The notes under the pieces were generated by a model. The model did no database searches. It was given only the letters and a program-made list of their open reading frames with translations, and was not told where the DNA came from. A DNA stretch of 64,000 nucleotides, taken from contig JAPETS010000030.1 of assembly GCA_026023565.1 (NCBI GenBank), positions 124,001 through 188,000 on the forward strand, in the 5' to 3' direction. Source of the stretch: Cirrosporium novae-zelandiae (lineage: Eukaryota). Below are positions 24,501-38,890 of the stretch, piece by piece. The number at the start of each line of letters is the position of its first letter. Position 1 is the first letter of the stretch. The position numbers and the translations under genes were made by a program.

Positions 24501-27500
24501 GCGCCTTTGGGTTGAAGTTTTCAGAAATATAGATTCATCCGAAGAAAATACCCAAAATCATCGACTCAGTACACAGTCAGAATCCGAACCGGAACAGAAA
24601 AATATGCCTAAGCTTAAGCGTTCCGTCCATGAGATTTCTATGCGTAATCAGACTTTGCAGCTCGATCCACCCCTTGCTTATGCTCGAGCAAGCTGGCTAT
24701 TGGAATTTCAAGAGTGGCTAGGCGTTGCATGTAGTCTAGAAAAGATTAAATCCTCTCGATATGATATGAACTTGGCTTTGGCTGGCTCACAATCCGCGGA
24801 TGTTCTATTCTCTGACCTACCGGGTCAATGTGGTGGTGTTTTATCCCAAGTATATTCTGCCATCGAGGAACGACAAGATGAAATTTCGGAATATGTCGAA
24901 AAGTGGCTTCAGTTCCAGTCGCTTTGGGATCTCCGATCCGAGCAAGTCTATGATAACCTTGGGGATGATTTGAACAACTGGCTTCAGCTACTTCAGGAAA
25001 TCCGCAAAACCCGAGCTACCTTTGACACATCTGAAGTCACCCGTTCTTTTGGAAATGTGACAATCGATTACGAGCAAGTACAAACAAAGGTCAATGCCAA
25101 GTATGATCAATGGCAACATGAAATTCTTGTACACTTTGCTTCCAGGCTTGGAGATCGGATGCGTGAGGTTTATGCTGGGATTGAAAAAGCCCGTAAAGAC
25201 CTCGAAAGCCAATCACTCCAGGCTGATTCAACCGCACAAGCTGTGACGTTCATAACAGTGGTTCAGTCTGCGAAGCGACAAGTCAAGGCTTGGTCGCCAG
25301 AAGTAGAAATTTTCCGCCAGGGTCAAACCACACTTCAACGGCAACGGTATACATTCCCTCAAGATTGGCTGGATGTCACGCAGGTTGATTCCGAATGGCA
25401 AGCCCTGAATGAGCTCCTGGAGCGAAAGAGCAAGATTGTGCAGGACCAAACTGATGCCTTGAAAGCCAAGATAACGGCCGAGGATCAAGTTATCCAGCAA
25501 AAAATTACTGACATTATCAATCAATGGAATGAGGAGAAACCTGTCTCAGGAACGATACCACCAGAGGAGGCTTCAAGCACCTTGACCTCTTTCCAGTCTC
25601 GCCTGGCCCATCTGCAGTCTGAATCTGAGATGGTCTCAAAGGCTAAAGAAGCTCTTGATCTACCTGTAACTTCGGATAATGTACTATCAGCTATCCTGGA
25701 AGAAGTACAGGATTTCATGTCCGTTTGGGCTGCCCTATCAACTATCTGGAACAGCCTTAACGAACTGAGAGAAACCTTGTGGACGGCTGTTCAACCTAGA
25801 AAGCTCCGACTATCTATTGATGGCCTCATTAAGATGACCAAGGAAATGCCTAGCCGCATGCGCCAATATGCTGCCTTTGAGCATGTTCAGGGAGTCCTCA
25901 AACAATTGTTGAAAGTGAATTCTTTGCTTTCAGATATGAAATCAGAAGCCGTTCGTGATCGACATTGGGTCAAGATTTACAAAGCACTGAAGCCAGGAAA
26001 GCGATATTCTCATGTTTCGATGACCCTTGGTGATGTTTGGGATTTACAACTTGCATCTACCGAGGCCATAATTCGAGACATTGTCGTGCAGGCACAAGGT
26101 GAAATGGCCCTCGAAGAGTTCCTTAAACAAGTCAGAGAGACATGGCAAAATTATGCACTGGATTTGATCAACTACCAAAACAAATGTCGTTTGATCCGTG
26201 GTTGGGACGATCTATTCGCGAAGTGTAGTGAAAATCTCAACTCTCTACAAGCTATGAAACACTCACCTTATTATAAAGAATTTGAGGAAGAAGCGTCGAC
26301 ATGGGAGGATAGACTTAACCGCGTCCATGTTCTTTTCGACGTTTGGATCGATGTTCAACGGCAATGGGTCTATCTGGAAGGAGTATTTGCTGGAAATGCA
26401 GATATCAAACACCTGCTGCCTCTGGAATCCTCTCGCTTTGGTAACATTAATTCCGAGTTCTTTGCTGTCATGAAAAAAGTGTACAAATCTCCATTTGTTC
26501 TCGATGTACTTGCAATCTCGGGTGTCCAGAAATCTCTCGAACGTCTTGCAGAGCTTCTGAATAAGATCCAAAAAGCTCTTGGAGAATATCTCGAGCGTGA
26601 AAGAGTATCATTCCCACGTTTCTACTTTGTTGGTGATGAGGACTTGTTGGAGATTATTGGTAACAGCAATGACTCTAACCGTGTTGCAAAACATTTCAAG
26701 AAGATGTTTGCAGGATTATCAGGTCTTATTATGCAAGATGATGATGTTATTGTTGGCTTCAGTTCCAAGGAAGGCGAAGAAGTTAGGTTAAAAAAGGAAA
26801 TTTCCCTTGTCAAGGTTCCTAGGATCAACGATTGGCTTGCCGCTCTTGAATCTAACATGAAATCCACCCTCGCCGAACTTCTCGCTGAAGCAGTGGAGCA
26901 ATTCGAACCGATATTTGCAGCTTCCGAGGTCGACCCAACTGCCTTTAGCGACTTTCTTGAGAACTATCCCGCCCAAATAGTCGTTCTAGCTGGTCAAATC
27001 GTCTGGACCACGGCTGTAGATAATGCTCTAAAGGAAGGAGGTGAGCGTTTACAAGAGCTTTTTGATCAGGAGGTCAAGGTTCTGAATCTCCTTGCACTTA
27101 CTGTACTCGGTGATCTTAATATTATCACTCGAAGAAAGTGTGAACACATGATCACAGAATGTGTCCACCAGAGAGATGTTATCGGCAGACTTGTTCAAGT
27201 AAAGGCCAACAGTCCCATCCATTATTTGTGGCTTCTTCAGATGAGATATGTCTATAAGCCAGAGGGAGAATTCATCGACCGTCTCTACATCCAAATGGCC
27301 AACGCTCGCCTAGATTATGGATTCGAATATCTAGGAGTTGCAGATCGCCTCGTTCGAACACCTCTGACCGACAGATGTTTCTTGACTCTCACACAAGCAA
27401 TGTGCCAACGACTCGGTGGTTCACCATATGGACCCGCAGGAACCGGTAAGACAGAATCCGTCAAGGCTCTTGGTATTGAACTTGGTCGATTTACCCTTGT

Positions 27501-30500
27501 TTTCTGTTGTGACGATACCTTTGATTTCCAGGCCATGGGACGCATTTTCTTGGGTATCTGCCAAGTCGGTGCTTGGGGTTGTTTCGACGAGTTTAATCGT
27601 CTCGAAGAACGTATCCTCTCGGCCGTTTCTCAGCAGATTCAAAATATCCAGATTGGTCTCAAGAAGGGCATAACCGATAGCAAGTCCACCATTGAACTTA
27701 TCGGGAGAAGCCTTCATGTCAACTCTAATACTGGAATCTTCATCACAATGAATCCTGGTTATGCCGGTCGATCTAACCTGCCAGATAACTTGAAGAAGCT
27801 TTTCCGCAGTGTTGCCATGTCCAAACCCGATGTCGAACTCATTGCCGAAGTTATGCTCTACTCCCAGGGATTCAAGAACGCCAAAGTTCTTTCTAAACAA
27901 GTGGTTCCCTTTTTCCAGGAGTGTGCTGTTCAATTATCCAAGCAATCCCATTACGACTTTGGTCTACGTGCCCTAAAGAGTGTGCTGGTTAGTTCTGGTG
28001 GTCTCAAACGAGGAAGACTCGCCCAACACGAACTTATTGATAATGAAGAAGCTATTGAACCTCAAATCATCGTGCAAAGCATTCGTGAGACCCTGGCGCC
28101 AAAGCTGGTAGGTGACGATGTAGAAGTTATGCAAACCATCGAAGCCAAAGTCTTTCCTGGTGTCGACTATGTGCCTGCTAATCTCGAAAAACTTGTGGAA
28201 GCGATCCGCAGTATTGCTGCTGAACGCCATCTGGTGGTCAGCGATGGGTGGCTCAAGAAGACTATCCAACTTTACCAAATCCAAAGCATCCATCATGGTG
28301 TCATGATGGTTGGTAGTTCGGGAACCGGAAAATCTGCATCATGGAAGGTGTTGCTTCAGGCACTGCAGGTCACCGAAGGAGTTGAAGGTGTTTGTCACAT
28401 TATTGACCCGAAAGTTATTTCAAAAGAAGCCCTGTATGGCAACCTCGACAGCACTACCAGAGAGTGGTCCGATGGTCTATTCACCAGTACATTGAGAAAG
28501 ATTGTTGACAATCTACGTGGTGAGGATTCAAAACGTCACTGGATTGTATTTGACGGAGATGTCGATCCTGAATGGGTAGAAAATTTGAACAGTGTTCTCG
28601 ATGACAACAAACTACTCACCCTCCCCAATGGTGAACGTCTCAATCTTCCAGCCAATGTTCGTGTTATGTTTGAGGTGGAAACCCTGAAATATGCAACACT
28701 CGCTACTGTCAGTCGATGTGGTATGGTCTGGTTTAGCGATGACATTGTCGACCCAAATATGATGGTTTCCAATTATCTTGGATCCTTACGCTCAAGTGCA
28801 TTTGATCTTGATGAAGATACAGTCACCACCGGACAGGAAGCAGCAAATGCTCTTCAAGTCCAATCCTTCACTGCCGATCTTGTGAAACAACAATTTGACC
28901 AGGACGAGTTTATCCTCAAATGTCTTGAAGAAGCTAGGAGGTATAACCACATTATGGAGTACACCGACATACGTGCTCTGAATACTCTGTTTTCTCTATT
29001 GAACAAAGCTTGCCGATCCATCATCGAATACAACATACAGCACACCGACTTTCCCTTGGAACCTGAACAAGTGGAAGCATTCTTGACCAAGAAAATGCTT
29101 TTGTCCCTTGTTTGGTCTCTTGTTGGTGATTGTCCTCTTACTGAGAGAAGGGCCTTCGGAAATTACATCATCGCACTCACTACCATTGACTCCCCGGTTC
29201 TCAATGAAACATCCTCTCTCATTGACTTTGATGTGTCTCTACCAAAGGGGGAATGGATGGCATGGCAATCACAAGTTCCAACCATTGAGGTCAATACCCA
29301 TTCTGTCGTACAAACCGATGTTGTTATCCCAACCTTGGATACCGTTCGTCATGAAGATGTACTTTATTCATGGCTTGCTGAACACAAGCCCCTACTGCTT
29401 TGCGGTCCTCCTGGATCTGGTAAGACAATGACGCTTTTCAGTGCTCTCCGAAAATTATCCAATATGGAAGTTGTCGGTCTCAACTTTTCTAGTGCGACTA
29501 CTCCCGATCTATTGATCAAAACATTTGAGCAACATTGTGAATACCGAAAGACCCTTAATGGTGTCATCATGTCACCTCGTCAAATTGGAAAGTGGCTGGT
29601 AGTATTCTGCGATGAAGTCAATCTTCCTGCTCCAGATAAGTATGGCACTCAACGAGCAATCAACTTCCTTCGACAACTGGTAGAGCAAAACGGCTTCTGG
29701 CGAACAGCAGACAAGACATGGGTTACATTAGAGCGCGTTCAATTTGTCGGTGCTTGTAACCCTCCTACCGATGCTGGCCGTACACCCATGGATCTCCGTT
29801 TCCTTCGCCATGCTCCATTGATCATGGTAGATTATCCTGGAGAGCTGTCTCTTATGCAAATCTACGGTACCTTTAACAATGCGGTTCTCAAAATTGTATC
29901 ATCACTCAGAGGGTACTCTGAGGCGCTTACGAAAGCTATGGTGCAATTCTACCTGGAATCACAAGCCAAATTTACTCCAGACATTCAACCTCATTATGTC
30001 TACTCGCCTCGTGAACTTACCCGATGGGTCCGTGGTCTTTACGAATCAATTCGACCACTTGAAAATCTCACCGTGGAAGGGTTGGTAAAAATTTGGGCCC
30101 ATGAAGCTCTCAGGCTATTCCAGGATAGATTGATTGCAGAAGAGGAAAGACAGTGGACCAGTGATGCTGTTGATAGAATCGCATTGGAACACTTCCCTAC
30201 CATCGAAAAGGACCAAGCTTTGCAGAGACCTATTTTATTCTCAAATTGGTTGTCAAAGAACTACGTTCCAGTCGAACAAGAACAACTTCGAGACTTTGTC
30301 AAGGCTCGTCTCAAGACATTCTGCGAAGAAGAAGTGGACGTACCTCTTGTCCTCTTTAACGATGTCCTCGAACATGCACTGCGCATTGATCGTGTCTTCC
30401 GACAACCCCAAGGACATTTGATTCTTATTGGAGTTAGCGGTAGCGGAAAAACCACATTATCTAGATTCGTTGCATGGATGAATGGATTGAAGGTGTTCCA

Positions 30501-33500
30501 GATAAAAGTTCATGGAAAGTATTCGGCAGAGGATTTCGATGAGGATTTGAGAAATGTTTTGCGAAGAGCGGGCTGCAAAGGAGAGAAGATCTGCTTCATC
30601 ATGGACGAATCCAACGTTTTGGACTCAGGTTTTCTAGAACGAATGAATACCCTGCTTGCAAACGCCGAGGTTCCTGGTCTTTTCGAAGGAGACGAATTTG
30701 CCTCTTTGATGACAGCTTGCAAAGAAGGTGCTCAGCGACAGGGACTTCTTCTCGACTCTCAAGAGGAGCTTTACAAGTGGTTTACGCAACAGATTATCAA
30801 GAACCTCCACGTTGTATTCACCATGAACCCTCCAGAAGATGGCCTCGGCTCCAAGGCCGCAACTAGTCCCGCCTTGTTTAATCGTTGCGTCTTGAACTGG
30901 ATGGGAGATTGGTCCGATCAAGCTCTTTTCCAGGTCGGTCTAGAGCTTACGCAATCTATCGATCTCGATAAGCCAAACTTTACAGCACCCGATACCATTC
31001 CAGTCGCCTACCGCGATCTCAGTCTCCCAGCTTCACATCGTGATACCGTCGTTAACTCCATGGTCTACATCCACCATTCTATGCATCGCTTCAACCAACG
31101 GCTACACAAGCAACAAGACAAGGTCACATTCCTTACCCCAAGACATTTCTTGGACTTTGTTGCTCAATATGGCAAGCTGTTTAATGAAAAGCGCGAGGAC
31201 CTTGAAGAACAGCAGAGGCATCTTAATGTTGGTCTGGAGAAACTTCGTGATACCGTTGACAAGGTGCGAGATCTTAGAGTAAGCCTGGCACAGAAAAAGA
31301 TTCAACTAGAGAAGAAAGATGCCGAAGCCAACGAGAAGCTGCAACGAATGGTCGCTGACCAACGGGAGGCTGAACAACGTAAAGCCGCCTCCTTGGAGAT
31401 TCAAGCAGCTCTTGACAAGCAAGAAGGGGAAGTTGCTAAGCGAAGAGAGGTTGTCTTGAATGACTTGGCCAGAGCTGAACCAGCTGTGCTGGAAGCCCAA
31501 AAGAGTGTTCAAAACATCAAGAGGCAACATCTTACCGAAGTTAGATCTATGGGTAGTCCTCCAGCCGGTGTCAAACTTGCTTTGGAGTCGGTGTGTACCC
31601 TGCTGGGCCATAAAGTCGAAAGCTGGAAGACAATTCAGGGTATTGTGCGAAAGGATGATTTCATTGCAAGCATTGTCAACTATGACAACGAAAGACTGAT
31701 GACAGCCGGTCTTCGAAACAAAATGAAGAATGAGTTTCTTTCCAAAGACGAATTCACATATGAGCGTGTCAACCGAGCTAGCAAGGCCTGCGGTCCTTTG
31801 GTTCAGTGGGTTGAGGCCCAGGTGACCTACTCTGAGATTCTTCATCGTGTTGGTCCACTGAGAGAAGAAGTGAGCGCACTTGAAGAACAGGCATTACAAA
31901 CCAAGGCAGAAGCCAAGGCCATTGAAAATAACATCAAGAACCTGGAGGATAGTATTTCCATGTACAAGACTGAATATGCTGCACTCATCAGTGAGACCCA
32001 AGCTATCAAGGCGGAAATGTCACGAGTACAATTCAGAGTCGACCGCAGTGTTCGCCTGCTTGATAGTTTGTCTTCCGAACGAGGAAGATGGGAAGAAGGG
32101 AGCAAGTCTTTTGAAACACAAATCTCCACCTTGGTGGGTGATGTGCTTGCCGCCTCTGCATTCCTTGCATATGGTGGCTTGTTCGACCAACAATTCCGAA
32201 AATCGATGATCGAGGATTGGTTACATCAGCTCAGTGCTTCCGGCATAGCTTACAAGCCTCTTAATCCAGTTACGGAATATCTCTCAAACGCCGATGAAAG
32301 ATTATCCTGGCAAGCAAATACATTGCCCGTTGATGACCTATGTACCGAGAACGCCATCATTCTTCAGCGCTTTAACAGATATCCACTCATAATCGATCCC
32401 TCAGGTCGTTGCACGGAATTCCTTCAGAAAGAAAGCAAGGACCGGCGGTTGACCGTAACATCGTTCCTAGACGATTCTTTTGTCAAACAACTCGAGAGCT
32501 CCCTTCGATTCGGTAACCCGATTCTCATCCAGGATGCAGAGCATCTTGATCCGATCTTGAACCATGTCCTAAACAAAGAGTATCAAAAGACCGGTGGTCG
32601 TGTTCTTATCCAACTCGGGAAACAGGAAATCGATTTCTCTCCTGCCTTTAAACTTTATCTCTCCACACGCGATCCATCTGCGACCTTTTCACCCGACGTT
32701 TGCAGCAGAACCACATTTGTCAACTTTACCGTTACGCAAAGTAGTTTGCAGACACAATCTCTCAACGAGGTTCTCAAGGTTGAACGACCCGATGTCGATG
32801 AACGACGGTCCAATCTCATCAAGCTACAAGGTGAATTCAAGGCCAACCTTCGTCAATTAGAAAAGCAACTGCTCCAAGCTCTCAATGCTTCTCGTGGAAA
32901 TATTCTTGATGACGACAAGGTTATCGAAACTCTAGAAACCTTGAAGAAAGAAGCGGCCGAGGTTTCAAAGAAGATGACAGAGACCGAAGGTGTCATGACC
33001 GAAGTCGAGAACATTACCGCCCAATATGCCAAAATCGCCAAATCTTGCAGCGCCGTTTTTGCTGTCTTCGAGCAACTTCACCATATCAATCATTTCTACC
33101 AGTTCTCGTTGCAATATTTCACCAACATTTTCAACGCCGTTCTTCATGAAAACAAACGTCTTCGAGCAGAAACCAATCATACTGCCAGAATGAATATCAT
33201 TCTTCAAGACCTCTTCGTCCTGGCATATCAAAGAACTGCTCTCAGTTTACTACAGAAAGATCGTATCTCTCTTGCCATGCTTCTAGCACAAGCAGCTCCA
33301 TATCAAATGGATAAGAGTCTGTTTGACGTTCTTCTAGATACCTCGATGGAAGGGTCCGAAGTAGGCATGGAACCCGACCGCAAGGAAGAAGTAATTGCGC
33401 AAATATCCCGCATGCCTACCTTTAAATCCTACATGTCCGAGATTGATGAATCAGCATGGGAAAATTTCTTTACTGAAGAATTAGCTGAGAACTTTGTACC

Positions 33501-34703
33501 GCCCCTGTGGTCACCAGAGACTGGAGATCTTGATAAATCTCTTCGTTCCCTTATTCTTATCAAGCTATGCCGACTAGACAGATTCATCCCTACCGCTGAG
33601 AAATTTGTGGTGGCAGTGTTTAGCAAAGACCTCTATGACGTGAATGAAGATCTTCATGAAACAGTTACCCAAGTGCCTTCTACCACGCCAATTGCCCTTG
33701 CCTCAAGTCCTGGATTCGATGCTAGCTACAAGGTCGACAATCTTTGTGCTAGAATACATACCGATTGTGCTAACATTGCTATGGGTTCTAATGAAGGCTT
33801 GGCCAGCGCCGATAAAGCTATTGGTCATGCAGCAGCTACCGGATCATGGGTGCTGGTCAAGAACGTCCATCTTACTCCTTCTTGGCTTCAAAGTCTTGAA
33901 AAGCGACTAGAATCTCTCAAGCCTCATGCCAACTTCCGACTTTTCCTATCGATGGAAACAAGTCCAAAGATACCAGTCAATCTCATCCGAGCTTCTCGGG
34001 TGTTGATGTATGAACAACCAGCTGGTATTCGGGCAAATATGAAGGATTCTCTTTCTACGCTCTCAACCAGGTCGGCTCCCAAACCCATGGAGAAAGCCCG
34101 TGTCTATTTCTTGCTGTCTTTCTTGCATGCAGTCGTCCAAGAGAGGTTGCGGTATGCACCTAGTCTTGGCTGGAAGGGCCTGTGGGAGTTTAACGACAGT
34201 GACGTAAGTACTCTACAACATTTGATATTGTCTCTTGCTAACCAGATTTTTAGTACGAATGTTCTGCGTACATTATCGACGTGTGGATTGAATCGGTTGC
34301 CAAAGATCGATCCAATGTTGCTCCAAATAAATTACCTTGGGATATCATTCGGACTCTAGTGGTGGAAATGTATGGAGGCAAAATTGACGATGAAGGAGAT
34401 TTCAAGCAACTTACAACACTTACCCACAATTTCTTAAACCCAGCAGCATTCGAAAACGAGCACAAGCTGGTTGAAGATGAAGAAAGGGGACTCACAGTGC
34501 CAGAAGGAACTGGGATGAAAGATTTCATGGAATGGGTACGAAATCTACCTGAACGTGAACCACCTACATATCTAGGACTACCAGCGAATGCCGAGAAACT
34601 TTTGCTGGTTGGTCAAGGTAAAGAAATGATACGAAAAGTATCTAAGGTTGTGGAACTGCTGGACGAAGGAGAACAGATAATGGCAGAAGCAGAAACAGAG
34701 TAA
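21595..34703 (+). CDS. DYN1: Cytoplasmic dynein heavy chain (~4336 aa; nudA/ro-1 orthologue)
   Basis: Exons 21595-21886, 21935-34203, 34254-34703. P-loops [45 protein letters not shown]; stalk; short fungal-type C-terminus. Confidence 0.98.
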
Positions 34704-35667
34704 ATTGGAAATTGCAGTGATTCCGAGGGATTTTTTGGCGTTGTTGATAAAAGGTCAGCATTTCTTGTAGGTGGCGAAGGCTGGACATAGCTTCAGGGAG
34801 TTTGTTTCGGTATGCTGGCTCGGCGGGAGAGCTTGGGCGAGGGATTGTGATTGTGGACAGTTACAAGGGTTCGGATATACCTCCCGAATAGATTATTCGG
34901 GCTCCTGTTGGTGGATTTCATTTTCGTTATCTCTTGGGATGCGGTTGACTGCTGTGCGGCTATGTGATTTTCCCGGGAGTGTTTGAGCTGTACGTCGGGT
35001 GATATAAATAATAATAGACATGATTGATTGCCAGAAAAAGTCGACAAAGTAGACAAAAGTAGAGAAAGGTAGATGCAGGTGGTGGTATTTGGTATGACGA
35101 ATTGATAAGAGATTTGAGTGCATTAAAAGAAGGAGAGATTGGATTGGACGGAGCGAAGGAGAAGATTGATGCCTGATGCCTGAGGCGTTGAGATAAGGGA
35201 AATCTTGGCCTGAGGTTTGCAACTCCTCTGGGTGTTTGGGTGTTTGGGTGTTTGGGTCCCTGGTCTCTCGTCTCTGAATTTTGATGGGGGGGGCTGATGG
35301 GAGGGAACCAAAGATGATGGAAAAGCTAATCGCTATCATCAATCCACACAATGCAGACAATTCACATCAACAATCCCTACAACGCTTGGAGTGGAAGAGA
35401 GAGAGAAAAAAAGCCAAACGCCAAGAGATTTTTATCTTCCAATCCTTTTAGAACGTGCTTTGCGCTCACGATGATGATTAGAAGCTTTCTTTCCTTGGTT
35501 CTTTCTTTTCCTTCCTAAACAATCATTCTTGGTCATTTAATAGAATTAATTGTTCCATTCAATATCCTTCTCATCTTATCCACATTCCTCCTGGTGTCCA
35601 TCTGATTGGTCCCCCCTCCTGCCGTCTGAGAATTCCTTTTTTGGATCATTTCCGTCCCGTACCTTTC

Positions 35668-37197
35668 ATGGCTAGGCATTATCCGCATGAGAGGGGACAT
35701 AAGCGGACTAGATCTTTGGAATATGCTTATATTACAGCCCAGACAACTGCTAAGGCTGTGAGGGATAGTATTCCCGGTTGGAAAACAAGTGCTGGTAATT
35801 TATTTCTTCCTTTCTCTTCTTTTTTTTCTTTTTTCTTTTGTATCTGTTGTTCGAAAAAAAAGAATTTGTTGATTTTTCTTTTTTTTCTCCTGGCTTGTTT
35901 CATCGTATCCCAGACAAAAATTAAGGTTGTCTTGGATTCTGTTTCACTTGGACTTCGCTACCTTGATATTGGGATTTATTGGCTATTAGTTCCTTTTTCA
36001 AGTTGACTAACTACCGAAATAGCATTCCTATCCTCACTCCGCTACAACCTTCACCTTACGATAACGGATCCCGATCTCCTCTTCTCGAGCACGCCATCCA
36101 CAACCCCGGACTCCCTTCGGGCTTCGACCTCCTCCCTCCTCCCTCCGCCGTCTCCGCTATCCCCCCTCTCAACCATCACATCCGCTCCGTTCCCTCCATT
36201 ATCTCTCTCACCCCCCTCCTCCGTTTCCTCGACCACTCTTGCCTCCATGGATACCAGCACCACCATGGTCACCCCTTCGAGACAAAAGTCGGGTCCAACA
36301 ACCCTAACCTCGCCCCTCACGCCACCCGCATCCCCAATAGCCACGGACCCCCTCCCAACCCTCCTCACTACTATTGCCAACACCCCCAGCGCCCAAGAAT
36401 CGGCCCTCCATCTAATTGCCGATAGTGTCGCTCAACAGCGCCAATCCGCCTCCCGAGCCATAATTTTCCACCCTCTAACCCTAGCCGCCTATTTCCTCGC
36501 CCTCGCATTCATCTACCGCGTTTTTGGAAATTCTTCCCGAGGGCTTGGAGTTGCCGTCACCACCACCGCAGGGATCACCATGACAGCTCTTATAGCTATT
36601 AGATGGGCAACCTCGGGGTATATCGCGCGCGCGGAGGAAGTCGGAACATGGGGTTGGTTAAGAACGGGCTATCTTTCCTCACCTCCCTGTTCTACTTTTT
36701 CTTCTTACCCCTTCCTCTCCTTCTTCGCCACAGGAAACCAAACCCAATCCCCCCTGGACGAAGGCGAAGACATAATCTGGACAACAACCTACGGCAACAC
36801 CACCATCTCAGTCCTCCTTGTCCGCTTCATCGGTGTCGGCGGTCGTCGCGGTCGCAAAAGAGGCGCTGGCAAAGCTGTTGTGAGAGCATGGACTACCAAA
36901 CTCCGGTATCGCGGCAAGGATGTCGGACGAGCTATTCTGGAAGAAGGTGTGAGGTGGGGGGTTAGGGAGAGGGGGGTAGAAAGATGGGGTATCGCCGGTA
37001 ACATGGATGGTGGGAGTGGAAGTGGAAGCGGAAGAAGTATATACAATGGCGATTTACTTCCGAGGTGTTTCCGATCGGGATTTCTGAAACGGGAGAAGCG
37101 CGCCATGGGGGTTTTGGATGAGGTTGTGGAGGAAGTTTCCAGAGAGATTGGTAGGAGGAGATATTCTTTGAAGACTGCATCTGGGGGGTCTTTTTGA
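35668..37197 (+). CDS. Hypothetical protein with two predicted TM helices and a GNAT-like C-terminal motif (~433 aa)
   Basis: Exons 35668-35794 and 36023-37197 (phase-1 intron GTAATT...CTAAC...TAG). ALHLIADSVAQQRQSASRAIIFHP, two hydrophobic segments, VRAWTTKLRYRGKDVGRAILEE resembling GNAT motif A. Could instead start at ATG 36247. Confidence 0.75.
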
Positions 37198-38339
37198 AGT
37201 TTTTTGAAGTTTTGTGACTATAAATTGCGCTTGGTGGAAAGAGTTGAGGAAGGGGGAAAGAGACTTGGAGATTGTGTAAAGATTTGTAAAGATTTGTAAA
37301 GATTTGTGAAGTTTGAAGAATATGGGGGGGGTCTGGCAAACTTGGTCGACTACCTCTTTCATTTTTTTTCAAATACCCGTTTTTTTACTTTTTACTTTCT
37401 TCTTTTTCTAGCCTTGACTTGGCTTGACTTGAGATGGTAGGAGAGGATAGGAATATGATAGAGAAGGATGGAAAGAGGGAGAGGGAGAGAGAAGTATATA
37501 CCCACTAGAAAAAGTGTTTATATTTATATATTATGGACAAGAAAGGGTTCGATCTGACGTTTGTATTAACTACACGCATAGTGGTTTTATAATATATCCA
37601 ATGACCTTTTTTTTTTTTTTTTTAATTTATTTTTTGACCTTGACTTGGGATAGTAGGATAGGATAGGGATAGGGATAGAGAGAGATAGAAAGGAGAAAAG
37701 GGATACAGAGGGGGAAAGAAAGACGTATATACCCATGCCCCATGCCCATACCAATCCCGTCGGTTTTATATACTTACCTAACCCACCCTGTTCATATATA
37801 TATATATAACACAATCTATATAAAGCTTGGACGCGACGCGACGCTCCGACGCTCTGACGCTTACGAATATATATATTGCTATTATAGAAGTTTATGGAAG
37901 TTTTTTTTTCTTTTTTTTTTTCTGTGGGAAAGTTATAAGGGGGAATGGGGATGGGGAGGGGATAAGGGGATAGGGTGGATAAGCTTTATGGATGGATAAT
38001 GAATGAATATTTGTTCTAGGGAGGTAGGTAGGTAGGTGGCTGGAAAGGCGTGTTGGGTTGTGTTGGGTTAGTAAGGTAAGGTGGAAAGTAAAGAGAATTA
38101 AACCCCTTCTCTTTCTTTCCTTCGAGCTCACAAGTACATGTACAGTACAATAGCTATCTGCCCCCCCCAATTCCATCTCCCACAGATCCCATCCCCTCTC
38201 CGAGGACCTTTTTTTAAAAAAAAACCCTGAATATACCTCCATGCCTCCATACCTACACACCCATCCAATCCCATCTATCCCGATTTCTAATATCTCTACG
38301 ACATGCATTAACGCTGCTTTGCTTCGCTTTCAAGATATA

Positions 38340-38890
38340 TGTGGAATTATCTTATTTATTTGTTTATTTATCTGTTTGTTTTGTTTGTTTTGTTATTCGA
38401 ATTTTTGGAAGCGAAGAGAAGGGAATAGAAGCGGAGAGAAAAAAAGGGGGAGGGAGAGGGAGAGAGGGATGGGATGGAATGGACGGATGGATCGGTGGAT
38501 GGTGGTGGTAGTAATACGGTGGTTTGGTGGTTTCCTGGATTGGGTGGATGTTGGCGGAGGATTTGATGAGATGGAGTTAATTTGCGGCTTCTTGATTATT
38601 ATGGTTTTGATATTCAGTGTTGCTGTCTCTGCTAGTACCCTGTGATGTGACATATTATCTACTTATTTATTTATTTGTTTGTTTGTTTATTATTCGATTT
38701 TTGAAAAAAAAAAAAAAAACGGAGGAGGGTTCTGGTTATGAATGGATTGATGTGGATGGATGGATAGAGATGTGGATGTGGACGTTAATAGAGGACTTGA
38801 TGAAATAAATACTCGGAGTCGGTTTACGGTTCCTGATTATTGTTATTGTGGTTTCCATGTTCGGTTGTTGCTATCTGATGTGATATGATG
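38340..38890. repeat. Degenerate tandem duplication of a ~300-bp non-coding unit
   Basis: Collinear blocks in both halves: ttgtt..ttattcga(a)tttttg; gga(t/c)ttgatga; ttc(t/c)tgattatt..gg; gttgct(g/a)tct..tgatgtga. Confidence 0.6.

Noticed and set aside
22006..33910. Many 60-180 aa antisense or alternate-frame ORFs inside dynein
   Set aside because: Shadow ORFs of a long coding sequence; no motifs.
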